64,000 bases of DNA from Geopsychrobacteraceae bacterium (GCA_963662315.1 OY759353.1:2560001-2624000), one strand, 5' to 3'; positions 9,934 to 20,597 are shown, counted from the first letter of the stretch. The notes: generated from the sequence alone by a model not told the origin. Numbers and translations: made by a program.

Positions 9934-11460
9934 TTACCAATATCCTCGCAATCCAATGGATATCAGACCGACATCCTCACTATTACCAGCAACGAATTCA
10001 AAATTATCAATCTTACCAAAACCTAAAGAACAATCCACAGAATAATGCTCAGCAAATGACCAATCGACCTTAACCAGCCCGTAGGACAGTTCCTCCTGAA
10101 CAAGTTGATCAACTCCCCGCTCCTCATAATCAAGCCCAATAGTCAACAATAACTTTTCGGAGATAATGGCCTGAAGCTCAACATATGCATCTTTAGCTGC
10201 CCCACCAGTGTGATGCCCCATGATGTTGCCTTCATAGGTGTAACCGGATCTATATTGGGAATGGCTGAACCAGGTCGGCAAATGCAGGTCAGCATACTCA
10301 AAGCGCAAGCTCAAACGCTGGCTGGGCTCAACCTGGGGCAAGTAAATCCCGGCAATATAGCCAGTTTTCGAGGGGAAATAATTGGCCTCATCTTCACCGC
10401 CCAACTCACCATATATTTCGGCATTCCAAAGAAAGGGCAAGCGTACCCGGCCATCAATAGCAGCAACAGAGTTACTGGTATCTTCAGCACCAGACAGATT
10501 CTTGCCGCCAAGGATGGTTATATAATCGTCCCAACTGAGATCCGGTCGCCCCTCACCACCAAACATAACAGCCCGTGACGCGCCAAGCTCTACCCATGGC
10601 AATGGCTTAAAATTAAAACGCAAGCCAGCAAAGTAAGGCTCAGGAACAATTCGGTCTTCTTCCAGCTTGCTCCAGAACACATCAAAACGAAACGGTCCGA
10701 GGTATTTAAAAATCCAGGGCAAAAGAGTTGGTGTGGGATTGGTTAAACGGATCATATCAAGAGGCTGGGCATTATTGGTCAACACAATACTGCCATGGCG
10801 CCCCTGCCCCCACCACAAAGACTGCCGTCCGACAGAAACCTCAAAGGCCCCCAACTGCAGAGCAATTCGTCCATCAAACAAACGAACATCTGACTCAGAC
10901 TGGTCACCGTCCTGCAATTGCAGTATTGGTCGTGCCTCAACCAATAAAAAACTTCCAAGACGCGCTTCCCCCTGCAGCACCATCTGAGCATTCTGCTCCT
11001 GGTAACTCAGTCCGTAATTATTAAAGTTAAGGGGAAATTGATTGATAGCAACATTATTACCAGTCGACCTTGCGTTTTTCCCATCCTGATATACATATTT
11101 CAGCTGTATTTCACGAGGCTTAAAGTACCCTTCGCTATAGCCAGAATGAAGATCTGCTAAGGAATCGGCAAATTCCCTTTCCATGCGCCGGATCAGTCCG
11201 GCTATTGCCGGTGACACGTTACTGTAACTTGCCGCATTACCAGCAGCTTCAAGTTGCCGGGCAACTTCATACCTGGTATAAGGCCGCGCTCCCTGCAAAT
11301 CAGAATCAATTAAACCAAGTGCCGACAATTTATCTAAGGCCGAGTAGACCCAACTGTCGAGGGGGACCTGACTTGTAGCCGGGGCAGCGAACACATTCAG
11401 CGGTAAAATGCATAAAAGCAGGAATGAAACAGAGACTTTTTTAAGGGATAGAAACATCAC
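9934..11460 (-). CDS. wzi: Capsule assembly Wzi-family outer-membrane protein
   Basis: Signal peptide, GRQSLWWGQGRHGSIVLTNNA motif, C-terminal aromatic residue. Confidence 0.85.
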   Translation of the reverse strand: MMFLSLKKVSVSFLLLCILPLNVFAAPATSQVPLDSWVYSALDKLSALGLIDSDLQGARPYTRYEVARQLEAAGNAASYSNVSPAIAGLIRRMEREFADSLADLHSGYSEGYFKPREIQLKYVYQDGKNARSTGNNVAINQFPLNFNNYGLSYQEQNAQMVLQGEARLGSFLLVEARPILQLQDGDQSESDVRLFDGRIALQLGAFEVSVGRQSLWWGQGRHGSIVLTNNAQPLDMIRLTNPTPTLLPWIFKYLGPFRFDVFWSKLEEDRIVPEPYFAGLRFNFKPLPWVELGASRAVMFGGEGRPDLSWDDYITILGGKNLSGAEDTSNSVAAIDGRVRLPFLWNAEIYGELGGEDEANYFPSKTGYIAGIYLPQVEPSQRLSLRFEYADLHLPTWFSHSQYRSGYTYEGNIMGHHTGGAAKDAYVELQAIISEKLLLTIGLDYEERGVDQLVQEELSYGLVKVDWSFAEHYSVDCSLGFGKIDNFEFVAGNSEDVGLISIGLRGYW

Positions 11461-11741
11461 AAACCCATCTAAATACTATTTTTACTCCACATTACAAATA
11501 CAATTAGCCCACAAAACCAATACGATCAATACGGCGCTTAAAGGTAACCGAAAAACAGTATGTATTAGCTTCCAAAGGTAAGATTGTACCTGATCCCCCA
11601 ATATAAAACATAAACGGCGTGACTGAGACAAAACACTGGAAAGTTCCGTTAAAAACAGAATGAAGCAGAACTTATATCAAATTCTGTATAAAAGAGCTAT
11701 GTATTTTCCGTTTCACCAGATTCTGGAAATATAGACAAGAC

Positions 11742-11774
11742 AAAACGAGTTCCTTCGACAAGGGAACTCGTTTT
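11742..11774 (-). terminator. Intrinsic terminator after tRNA-Ser(CGA)
   Basis: AAAACGAGTTCCTT-loop-AGGGAACTCGTTTT hairpin. Confidence 0.7.
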
Positions 11775-11781
11775 AAATAAA

Positions 11782-11869
11782 TGGCGGAGAGGGGGAGATT
11801 CGAACTCCCGGTCCCTTGCGGGACAACAGATTTCGAGTCTGTCACCTTCGGCCTCTCGGACACCTCTCC
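11782..11869 (-). tRNA. tRNA-Ser(CGA)
   Basis: GGAGAGG...CTCGAAA anticodon loop, long variable arm, GTTCGAATC, 3' GCCA. Confidence 0.95.
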
Positions 11870-11873
11870 GTTG

Positions 11874-12368
11874 TTACTTATTTTCTTGTTTTCGGGCCCT
11901 GTTACGATCACGCAGCTTTTTAAAAAAGGCGCTTAACTGGGTGCTGCATTCTTCCTGCAAGACCCCTTCGCGGACGTCAACTTTATGATTGAAACGTTCG
12001 TCTTCGGCGAAGTTATAGATGGAACCAACCGCACCGACACGGGGATCCCGACAGCCGTAAACCAGGTGCGGGATGCGCGCTAGAATAATCGCCCCCATAC
12101 ACATGACACATGGTTCCAACGTCACATACAGAGTACAGTCGAGTAAGCGCCATGACCCCAGTTTCTCAGCAGCCTGCCTGATGGCGATCATTTCGGCGTG
12201 GGTGGTTGGATCATTGCTGGTTTCGCGCAGATTGTGCCCGCGCCCGATGATTTCACCGCCAAAAACTATGACAGCACCAATCGGAACTTCAGCAAGAACT
12301 TCAGCAAGGGCTGCTTCATTAAGCGCCTCCTGCATGTAGAAGCGATCAAGCTCCCATAAGTTATCCAT
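11874..12368 (-). CDS. tadA: tRNA adenosine(34) deaminase
   Basis: EVPIGAV, HAE and TLEPCVMC motifs. Confidence 0.93.
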   Translation of the reverse strand: MDNLWELDRFYMQEALNEAALAEVLAEVPIGAVIVFGGEIIGRGHNLRETSNDPTTHAEMIAIRQAAEKLGSWRLLDCTLYVTLEPCVMCMGAIILARIPHLVYGCRDPRVGAVGSIYNFAEDERFNHKVDVREGVLQEECSTQLSAFFKKLRDRNRARKQENK

Positions 12369-12438
12369 GCAAACCACACCTGTCGTCTTTCCTTCGGCAG
12401 GATTGTGCTTCTAACATGAAAATAGTTTTATTTCAAGG

Positions 12439-13269
12439 TCAAAGCATCCGTTGCGGCCAATCGGTACAAATGAAAAAGACGCCAAGCTCTTTGAATTTTT
12501 CCGCTTCAACCTTGCTATTGACGGTCCAGACATTGACTTCAATACCATGTACGTTTAACTCATGAATTAAATGCGCGTCCGCAACGCTCCAGTGTGGATG
12601 ATATGCGTCGCAGCCCAGATCTTTCAGATAATCGATCAAACCATCAGGGTGGGAGGTTTCAACCAGGGCTGCCGTTGCCAAACTCTTATTGTTCTGGCGG
12701 ATATAACGCAGATAGTCGTGGTTGAATGACGATATCAGAACCAACTCAGTCGTATCAGTGGCAACAAGCAGATCCATTACCTTCTCAACCGTGATGGTCC
12801 CTAAAACTGCATCTTTTTGATCTTTAATTTCCAGATTGATGGGGAATTGATGCTGGCGGCAATACTCAAGCGCTTCACGGCAGCTTGGAATTTTTTGCCT
12901 GCAGATTGCTTGAAGATCTTGGGCTGTTACCTCTCCCGATATGATCGTTGCATAAGGATCATTCTCAACAAACCAGTTTCCAGCATTCAACAGCTGCAAT
13001 TCAGTCCAGAAAAACTGGCTTATCCTGTTGTTTTTCCGGCCACCATATTGTGGGCATAAAGAGATATTGGTCGTCCGCTCGAGTGAATCATCGTGAAACA
13101 GAACCAGCTCACCATCCGCCGTTAACTGAACATCCGTTTCCCACAAATCAGCTCCACACAAACGTGCCTGCTCAAGGGCGAACATGGTATTTTCAGGGGC
13201 GATGGATCGCGCGCCACGGTGGGCGCAGATAAGACCCTTATGAGAAAAACGCTGGAAAAATGGTTTCAT
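12439..13269 (-). CDS. Glycerophosphodiester phosphodiesterase family protein
   Basis: AHRGA...PENT, ETDVQ, HD, WTVN and TDWP motifs. Confidence 0.9.
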   Translation of the reverse strand: MKPFFQRFSHKGLICAHRGARSIAPENTMFALEQARLCGADLWETDVQLTADGELVLFHDDSLERTTNISLCPQYGGRKNNRISQFFWTELQLLNAGNWFVENDPYATIISGEVTAQDLQAICRQKIPSCREALEYCRQHQFPINLEIKDQKDAVLGTITVEKVMDLLVATDTTELVLISSFNHDYLRYIRQNNKSLATAALVETSHPDGLIDYLKDLGCDAYHPHWSVADAHLIHELNVHGIEVNVWTVNSKVEAEKFKELGVFFICTDWPQRML

Positions 13270-13315
13270 TGAGAGACCGTTTGATTGTTAAAAGTCAAAA
13301 AAACAAAAGTTATTT

Positions 13316-13395
13316 CACCGCAAAGGCGCTAAGGACTCCAAGGAAAATCATTACCAAACTTCGCCGTTCTTGGCGTTCCTTGCGTCTTTGCGGTG
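13316..13395. repeat. Intergenic inverted-repeat (REP-like) element
   Basis: CACCGCAAAGGCGC...GCGTCTTTGCGGTG; same family as 7271-7371. Confidence 0.65.
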
Positions 13396-13414
13396 ATTTA
13401 TTCATGTTTTGCTA

Positions 13415-14176
13415 CTACCGCCCCATCCAGCCACCATCAACAACCATCACTTCACCATGCATGTAGTCTGATGCGGCCGATGCGAGAAACACAACAGGTC
13501 CGGCAAAATCTTCTGGAACACCCCAGCGACCAGCCGGGATTCTATCGAGAATCGCTTTGCTTCTGACCGGATCATCCTGCAGGGCTTGAGTATTGTCGGT
13601 TTTGATATAACCGGGTGCAATGGCATTGACGTTTACACCTTTACCGGCCCACTCATTAGCCAGAGCCTTGGTCAACTGCCCGATACCTCCCTTGCTGGCA
13701 GCGTAACCTGGAACGGTAATGCCACCCTGAAAAGTCAGCAAAGAAGCGGTAAAAATCACTTTACCGGCGCCGCGCTCAAGCATGCCTTTACCTATTTCCC
13801 GCGATAGCACGAACTGGGAACTCAGGTTGACTTCGATCACCTCGTCCCAGAGCTCATCAGGATGCTCGGCCGCCGGCGCCCGCTTGATCGTCCCGGCATT
13901 GTTGACCAGTATATCAATAACCGGGTGAGCTGCGGCCACCTCGGTGATAAAGCGACGCAACGCCTGACGGTCACTGAAATCGCACTGATAAGCCTTAAAG
14001 TTGCGCCCACAAGCGGTAACTTCTTGTTCAACAGCGCTGCCGGTCAATTCCAGCGACGCACTGACACCGATAATATCAGCGCCAGCCTTGGCCAAAGCAA
14101 CAGCCATTCCTTTACCGATACCGCGTTTACAGCCGGTGACCAATGCGGTCTTACCTGCAAGAGAGAACATGTCCAT
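13415..14176 (-). CDS. kduD: 2-dehydro-3-deoxy-D-gluconate 5-dehydrogenase (KduD-like SDR)
   Basis: TGCKRGIG, NNAG, SLLTFQGGITVPGYAASKGG, VDGGWMGR; kduI nearby. Confidence 0.85.
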   Translation of the reverse strand: MDMFSLAGKTALVTGCKRGIGKGMAVALAKAGADIIGVSASLELTGSAVEQEVTACGRNFKAYQCDFSDRQALRRFITEVAAAHPVIDILVNNAGTIKRAPAAEHPDELWDEVIEVNLSSQFVLSREIGKGMLERGAGKVIFTASLLTFQGGITVPGYAASKGGIGQLTKALANEWAGKGVNVNAIAPGYIKTDNTQALQDDPVRSKAILDRIPAGRWGVPEDFAGPVVFLASAASDYMHGEVMVVDGGWMGR

Positions 14177-14224
14177 AACAAACTCCATAACTATTAAAAC
14201 AGCTGAGTTTCAGATTGGAAACTC

Positions 14225-15250
14225 TTAGATTTCGATAACCGCCTTCACCACACCTGTTTCCGGCTTTGTCCAGCTTTCAAATGTGTCGATAGTCTCTCCG
14301 AACTGGCACCGGTGGGTCACCATCGGGTCCGTATTGACTTTGCCTTGCGCCATACACTCCATCACCCACTCAAAATCTTCTTTATTGGCATTACGGCTGG
14401 AAAGCAGGGTTGTTTCCCGCTTGTGGAATTCCGGATCAGGGAAGGTAATATCAGCAGTCACCAGACTGACCAGCACGTAACGACCGGTGTGCCCCAGGAG
14501 CAGGAACCCATCCATCATCGCCTTGGGATTGCCGGTGCAATCGAAAATCACCGTCGGCATATCGCCATTGGTAAATTCCGCCAGTTTCTCCTTCGGATCA
14601 TCAACTCCAGCCTGGATGGTATTTGTAAAACCTAATTCATTTTTAGCCACGGCAAGGCGTTTATCGGACATATCCATGACGATGACATCACCGCCAGCCA
14701 CCCGGGCAAACTGCATCAGCCCCAACCCGATCGGTCCGGCACCGACAACCAGGACCTTTTCCCCTGGGTTGATCTGGGCCCGGCGCACAGCGTGGGCACC
14801 AATGGCGCAACACTCAACCATCGCCAGCTGATCAGGATTAAGAGATTCACTTTTAATCAGATTTTCCACTGGCAGCGCCATATACTCGCACATGCCCCCA
14901 TCACTGTGCACTCCACGCAAATTAATATTAACGCAGCAGTTCGGCTTATTGTTGCGACACGCAATACAGGTTCCACAACCGATAACCGGAACAATGCACA
15001 CCGCATCGCCAACAGCCAAATGCGTCACCCCTGTGGGCAATTGCTCAACAACAGCGGCAAGTTCATGCCCCAACACCCGGGGATAATTGAAGAACGGCTG
15101 ATTTCCGGCAAAGGCATGGAGGTCCGTGCCACAAATACCGACCCGGGTAATCCGCACCAGCGCTTCCCCTTCTTTGGGCACCGGAACAGGCTGGTCGGAC
15201 ATGACAAATTTACCCGGGGTTTCACAGGTTAAGGTTTTCATTGTTTTCAT
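14225..15250 (-). CDS. Zn-dependent sugar-acid dehydrogenase (LgoD/YjjN/YjmD-like)
   Basis: GICGTD, LGHE, CGTCIAC..C, GAGPIG, PEFHKRETTLLSSRNA. Confidence 0.85.
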   Translation of the reverse strand: MKTMKTLTCETPGKFVMSDQPVPVPKEGEALVRITRVGICGTDLHAFAGNQPFFNYPRVLGHELAAVVEQLPTGVTHLAVGDAVCIVPVIGCGTCIACRNNKPNCCVNINLRGVHSDGGMCEYMALPVENLIKSESLNPDQLAMVECCAIGAHAVRRAQINPGEKVLVVGAGPIGLGLMQFARVAGGDVIVMDMSDKRLAVAKNELGFTNTIQAGVDDPKEKLAEFTNGDMPTVIFDCTGNPKAMMDGFLLLGHTGRYVLVSLVTADITFPDPEFHKRETTLLSSRNANKEDFEWVMECMAQGKVNTDPMVTHRCQFGETIDTFESWTKPETGVVKAVIEI

Positions 15251-15404
15251 AGCATTTATCCTTCTATGACAATTTGATTTAGAGGTTGAGGCAGTGGCTG
15301 GAAATCGTTTATGGCCACTAAGACATCAGCTCTCATGATGTTTCGCCATCTCAAATTTGAAAATTCAGATTTAAAATCGCGAAACGCAATGAGCATTAGG
15401 TGAT

Positions 15405-15438
15405 AAAAAAAGAGAGCCGCCGATCTCCGGCGGCTCTC
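15405..15438 (-). terminator. Intrinsic terminator after dctP
   Basis: GAGAGCCGCCG-loop-CGGCGGCTCTC followed by a T-run on the minus strand. Confidence 0.7.
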
Positions 15439-15480
15439 CGGGTGGAACTAAAATACTAACCGGGTGCCCCGGCCAGCAGC

Positions 15481-16452
15481 TTACTTCTGCTTGTCCTGAA
15501 TCATTTTGATCAGACCATTTTTGTATTTGGCCTCATAAGCATCCTGCAGGTACTTGACCTTTGCCACGAACGGAGCGATATCAGCGATCTCATTGAACTC
15601 GCACCAGCCTTTTTCGGTCATTTCCTTGACCATGGCGCTCTCTTTTTCATTCCACCACTGACGTTCGAGCTTGCTGGCTTCCAAAGCGATTTCCTTGAGG
15701 ATAGCAAGGTTCTTTTCACCCATTTTCTTAGCGGTGACTTTGCTCAAAGCAACCAGGTCAGGAGTCAGCAGGTGTTTGGAGTAAGAGAAGTATTTGGACT
15801 GCTCGTACAGCTTCAAGGTATACAGGGTGACCGGGCTGTTTTCCCAGCCATCCAGAACACCCTGCTGCAGAGCGGAATATACTTCTGACTGGCTCATCGG
15901 CGTTGCAATGGCACCCAGGGCATTCATGGCTTCGATAACCATCTTAACGCCAATAACGCGGATTTTCAGACCTTTGAGATCATCAGGAGTATTGATCGGA
16001 CGCTCATTGTTGATAAAACTACGAGCACCACCATAGAAGTAAGTCAAAGGCACAAAACCTTTTTTCTCCAGGGATTTAGCCAGAATGTCGCCGGCCTCAC
16101 CTTGCAGGGATTCGAACAGAGCATCTTCAGATTGGAACAGGAACGGCAGAGCCAGAATATCCATTTCCGGAACATAAGAGGAGAAGGTTCCGGCAAACTG
16201 TTGGGCGATATCAACCGTACCAAGCACAACACCTTCAACCATCTCTTTGTTGCCACCCAACTGGCTGTTTGGATAAACATCCATCTTGACTTCGCCATTG
16301 GTGCGCTTGACAATTTCTTTACTCATGTAACGCAGCGCCATGGTCATTGGGTGGTCTTCGGGCAGTGTGTTGGTCGCCTTCAAAGTAATCGCAGCAAAAC
16401 CACTACTTGCGACCATCAGGAACATCAGGGTTAAAACTATCAGCCTCTTCAT
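15481..16452 (-). CDS. dctP: TRAP transporter substrate-binding protein DctP
   Basis: Signal peptide from MKRLIV; YPNSQLG, DLKGLKIRV, EVYSALQQGVLDG. Confidence 0.92.
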   Translation of the reverse strand: MKRLIVLTLMFLMVASSGFAAITLKATNTLPEDHPMTMALRYMSKEIVKRTNGEVKMDVYPNSQLGGNKEMVEGVVLGTVDIAQQFAGTFSSYVPEMDILALPFLFQSEDALFESLQGEAGDILAKSLEKKGFVPLTYFYGGARSFINNERPINTPDDLKGLKIRVIGVKMVIEAMNALGAIATPMSQSEVYSALQQGVLDGWENSPVTLYTLKLYEQSKYFSYSKHLLTPDLVALSKVTAKKMGEKNLAILKEIALEASKLERQWWNEKESAMVKEMTEKGWCEFNEIADIAPFVAKVKYLQDAYEAKYKNGLIKMIQDKQK

Positions 16453-16466
16453 TGTAAGCCTCCTAA

Positions 16467-17753
16467 TCAGGGTTGGATGTAGCCCAGCATGGTTGGAATC
16501 CATGTGGAGAAAAACGGAATAAAGATAACAAGCAACAGCACGACAACCATGGCTGCCAGATACTTCCAATAGCAGCGCATGACTTGATTGAGGGTGATAC
16601 CGGAGATACCCGAGGCAACAAACAGGGCGATTCCGACTGGCGGGGTACACTGGCCAATCGCCATGTTGACGATCATGGCAACGCCGAAGTGAATCGGCTC
16701 AATACCAATCTTCATAACAATCGGCCAGACAATGGGAACCAGAATGATAATGATTGCCGATGGATCCAGGAAGGTTCCCATCAGCAGGAACACCGCATTG
16801 AGCATCAGCATGATGATCCACTTGGATTCCGACAGACCGACGACAAAGGAGGCGATCTGACCGGGAATATTCTCAGCGGTCAGGATCCAGCCGAAGCCGG
16901 AGGCCGCAGCAACGGTCAGAACAACAACGCCGGTGGTCACCGCCGATTTGACAAAGATGCCGGGCAGATCCTTGAAGCTGAGTTCTTTGTAGATGAAGAA
17001 TCCGACGACGAAGGAGTAGAGCGCGGCCACGACCGAGGCTTCCGTCGCGGTAAACATGCCCCCGACGATGCCGCCGACAATAATCACGACGGTCATGATA
17101 GCGAGAATCGAGTCGGCACAGGACCGGATCAGTTCCTTAAAGGAAACCCGCTGCTCAGGCTCGATCTTGCGCACCTTGCAATAGATATAGTTGACCACCA
17201 TCAGGCAGCCACCCATGAGGATGCCGGGGAGGACCCCGCCCATGAACAGCCCGCCGATGGAGACCCCGGCGGTCACGCCGAGGATAATCATCGGAATCGA
17301 TGGCGGAATAATGATGCCGATGGAACCGGCAGTCGCCATGACCGAGGTCGCCATGTCAGAGCCGTAGCCTTTTTTCTTCATGGCGGGAATCAACAAGCTG
17401 CCAACCGCCGCCGTATCAGCTGCCGCCGCACCGGACAGACCGGCAAAGAACATGGCTGCGGCAACGCTGGTGTTGGCCAGCCCGCCGCGGATGTGGCCGA
17501 CCAGCGCTGTAGAAAAATTGACCAGACGGCGGGAGATCCCGCCCGATTCCATAAACCCGCCGGCCAGGATAAAAAACGGGATGGCGATCAGGTGGTAGTT
17601 GCCACAGGAGCGGAACAGTTTCAGAATAATCGCAATACTATCGATATCGCTGGCTATAAACATGGCCAGCACGGTCGAGATGACCAGGCAGAAGGAGACC
17701 GGCATCTGAACAATCAGAAAGATCACAAAAAACAGGAATAGATATGTTGCCAT
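16467..17753 (-). CDS. dctM: TRAP transporter large permease DctM
   Basis: AIPFFILAG, IIPPSIP and TPPVG motifs. Confidence 0.93.
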   Translation of the reverse strand: MATYLFLFFVIFLIVQMPVSFCLVISTVLAMFIASDIDSIAIILKLFRSCGNYHLIAIPFFILAGGFMESGGISRRLVNFSTALVGHIRGGLANTSVAAAMFFAGLSGAAAADTAAVGSLLIPAMKKKGYGSDMATSVMATAGSIGIIIPPSIPMIILGVTAGVSIGGLFMGGVLPGILMGGCLMVVNYIYCKVRKIEPEQRVSFKELIRSCADSILAIMTVVIIVGGIVGGMFTATEASVVAALYSFVVGFFIYKELSFKDLPGIFVKSAVTTGVVVLTVAAASGFGWILTAENIPGQIASFVVGLSESKWIIMLMLNAVFLLMGTFLDPSAIIIILVPIVWPIVMKIGIEPIHFGVAMIVNMAIGQCTPPVGIALFVASGISGITLNQVMRCYWKYLAAMVVVLLLVIFIPFFSTWIPTMLGYIQP

Positions 17754-17768
17754 AACTTGGTCCTCCCC

Positions 17769-18266
17769 TTATTCGCTGATAGTCGGCTGAAAATTACCGG
17801 TCAAAACCTTGTCCAGAGTATGAACAAACATGAACGCGGCCGATACCGGAATGGACGCATAAGCCCAGACCATCGAAAAGGGAAGAACATCCATCGTCTG
17901 CACAACATTAAGTTGTGCGAGAATAGTACCTTTGTAGACAAGAAAGGCGGTAAACCAGAGCATCGTCAACCAGACGAGGTAAAGAACAAATTTTGCCAGT
18001 TTTTCAGGGAAATGATGAATAAAGATATCAACATTGAAATGAGCAAGTTGATCAATAGCAAGACTGGCCCCGATAAAACTCGACCAGACAAACGAATAGG
18101 TCAGCAGCTCTTCTGACCAGGCAATCGGTGCATGCAGGATAAAGCGTGAAAAGATCTGCAATCCTCCGCATACCAGCATCCCGACAAACAGAATGATCAG
18201 GGACCATTTTTCGATCCACTTGACCGCACTGTTTAGTTTATCCCACAATACTACAACACTTTGCAT
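17769..18266 (-). CDS. dctQ: TRAP transporter small permease DctQ
   Basis: Four TM segments, WSEEL motif, adjacent to dctM. Confidence 0.9.
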   Translation of the reverse strand: MQSVVVLWDKLNSAVKWIEKWSLIILFVGMLVCGGLQIFSRFILHAPIAWSEELLTYSFVWSSFIGASLAIDQLAHFNVDIFIHHFPEKLAKFVLYLVWLTMLWFTAFLVYKGTILAQLNVVQTMDVLPFSMVWAYASIPVSAAFMFVHTLDKVLTGNFQPTISE

Positions 18267-18359
18267 CCCATACTACTCCTTTATTATGCTCTTTCTTCCT
18301 TGAATTTCATGAGCCTTTATTACGACAATAAAACAATGCAAATCTCTGGTCAGAGATAT

Positions 18360-19412
18360 TTAAATATGCTCTGGAACTGCTGAATCTCCTTTCAAATAAT
18401 TATAAATACTTTCCACCAGCGGAATACCCTCGCGCCGGTATCGAGCCTCAAGCATGAGCTCAATATCTCCTGGAACCAAGACCTTTTCTGTCCCTGGTCC
18501 GGTTGGTTGAGCGTGAATCTGTTCAACCATGGCATCCATCTGGGACATAAAGTGATCAGCCATCACATACGTGGCAGGGTCAATGGCAATCACCGTGCTC
18601 GCTAACTTACGTTTCTGATCGTAGCCGTCGTACATGGCCGCGATCTGCGGACCAAATTGCGCTCCGAGCAGAACCCCGGTCAGAACATCAACAACCATAC
18701 CGATACCAAACCCTTTATACCCCCCAAGAGGAGTCAACCCTTTAACTTTGTAGGGATCGGTGGTTGGCACGCCATGTTCGTCCATTCCCCAGCCTTCCGG
18801 AATCGCACTATGTTTTTCACGGGCATGAAGAATTTTACCATAAGCAACATTACTCGTTGCCATATCGAGAATAACCGGAGGATGATTTTTACAGGGGAAG
18901 GAAAAGGCAATGGGGTTAGTCCCGAAAAAAGGCGTTGTCCCCCCAAAGGGGGTGACACATTTATCGGTCTGAACGATGGCAATGCCGATCATGTCAGCAG
19001 CGACTGCGCGTGAAACAAAATAGGACAGAGCGCCACAGTGACTGCTGTTAACAACACCGACCATAGCAATACCACTCTCTTTGACCAAAGCTACAGCGTG
19101 ATCCATCGCTTCGGCAGTCGCCACGTGCCCCATGCCATCATCAGCATCAAACAGGCCACAACCACTGCGTAATTTTTCAAACCTGAAAACCGGATTCTTA
19201 TTCAGGCTGCCAGCATTTAACCTGCGCACATAATGTTCGGTGCGCATCGCCCCATGAGAATGGACACCACGCAAATCTGCATGCACCAGAACATCAGCCG
19301 TTATTTCGGCATGTTTACTGTTAAGACCAGCCTCGGTCAGGCGGGCACCAACCAGCGACCGCAACTCTTCTGCGGCAACGAACACTTCGGCAGTGGATGC
19401 GTCTTTTTCCAT
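18360..19412 (-). CDS. Ldh_2-family oxidoreductase (AllD/YjmC-like)
   Basis: ADLRGVHSHG, HCGAL, GTNPIAF, LDMATS, GGYKG. Confidence 0.88.
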   Translation of the reverse strand: MEKDASTAEVFVAAEELRSLVGARLTEAGLNSKHAEITADVLVHADLRGVHSHGAMRTEHYVRRLNAGSLNKNPVFRFEKLRSGCGLFDADDGMGHVATAEAMDHAVALVKESGIAMVGVVNSSHCGALSYFVSRAVAADMIGIAIVQTDKCVTPFGGTTPFFGTNPIAFSFPCKNHPPVILDMATSNVAYGKILHAREKHSAIPEGWGMDEHGVPTTDPYKVKGLTPLGGYKGFGIGMVVDVLTGVLLGAQFGPQIAAMYDGYDQKRKLASTVIAIDPATYVMADHFMSQMDAMVEQIHAQPTGPGTEKVLVPGDIELMLEARYRREGIPLVESIYNYLKGDSAVPEHI

Positions 19413-19766
19413 CGGTTTTGGACCTCATTATATTTAATGTTGTACATAGCCGTGAAAAACGGCACCAGAGAAGTTTATTCGTTTCACAATATAAAACTAT
19501 GGTATCAGTTTTTGTCAAGTCAATTTTGCCTAAGCAACGCAAGAATACCACTGTAAAAACCCTTAAACTTGCTGACATATAGCCTATTATTAGTATGTTT
19601 TTCGTTTCTTTCCTGCATTTATTCTTTTTATTATTGACTCATCAAATAGACATTTAATCTGTTCCGCATTACAAAACTATTTGCCAAAAAAACGAAACGC
19701 CTATATTATCTATCAGCTTAAACTATTTATCGTTCACATACCTATCAGCCCAGGAGGAGGTTTGAC

Positions 19767-20597
19767 ATGGACATCAGATACGCGGTACACCCGGACCACG
19801 CAGAAGCAATGAATACCTTTGAACTACGTCAGAACTTTCTTATTGAAAAACTTTTCCAGCCGAGACAGTTGCAGCTCACCTACAGTTATAACGACCGCCT
19901 GATTGTTGGTGGGGCCTGTCCAGTCGACTCTTTGCCGCTTGAAATTGACCGGAAAATTATTGGTAGTGATTTTTTTCTGCAACGCCGAGAAATGGGTCTT
20001 ATCAATGTTGGCGGCCCAGGATCCATTACTGTCGATGGCACCACCTACCCGATTGCCTACAAAGACGGTATCTACATTGGCATGGGGGCCAAGGAAATCA
20101 TTCTGCAAAGCGACTCGGCAGCAGAGCCCGCAAAGTTTTACTTCAACAGCTCGCCTGCCCATGCCCACTACCCGACAACGCCGGCTCCCTTTAAGGACGC
20201 GACTCCAGTCGAACTTGGCGACCCGGCGACCAGTAATCGCAGGACCATTCGCAAATACATTCATCCCGAGGGTATCAAAAGTTGCCAGTTGGTCATGGGC
20301 ATGACCTCCCTGGAATCCGGCAGCGTCTGGAACACCATGCCGACCCACACTCACGAACGCCGCATGGAAGCTTATTTCTATTTTGAGATGAGCGAAGACC
20401 AGATCGTTTTTCATCTGATGGGAGCCCCAACGGAAACCCGGCATATCGTCATGCAGAATGAACAGGCGGTTATCTCACCCTCATGGTCAATTCATTCCGG
20501 TGTTGGCACGACCAACTATACCTTTATTTGGGGCATGTGCGGTGAAAATCAGCTCTTTGATGATATGGATCATGTGGCGATGCAGGACCTCAAGTAG
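19767..20597 (+). CDS. kduI: 5-dehydro-4-deoxy-D-glucuronate isomerase
   Basis: FLQRREMG, WNTMPTHTHERRME, SPSWSIHSG, YTFIWGMCGEN. Confidence 0.95.
   Translation: MDIRYAVHPDHAEAMNTFELRQNFLIEKLFQPRQLQLTYSYNDRLIVGGACPVDSLPLEIDRKIIGSDFFLQRREMGLINVGGPGSITVDGTTYPIAYKDGIYIGMGAKEIILQSDSAAEPAKFYFNSSPAHAHYPTTPAPFKDATPVELGDPATSNRRTIRKYIHPEGIKSCQLVMGMTSLESGSVWNTMPTHTHERRMEAYFYFEMSEDQIVFHLMGAPTETRHIVMQNEQAVISPSWSIHSGVGTTNYTFIWGMCGENQLFDDMDHVAMQDLK

Noticed and set aside
11461..11740. ops/JUMPstart element upstream of wzi
   Set aside because: No GGCGGTAG-type motif found on the minus strand
16473..17741. 422-aa plus-strand ORF
   Set aside because: Antisense shadow of dctM, with no motifs
18360..19412. 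Allantoin pathway (allD)
   Set aside because: No other all genes; the context is sugar-acid catabolism
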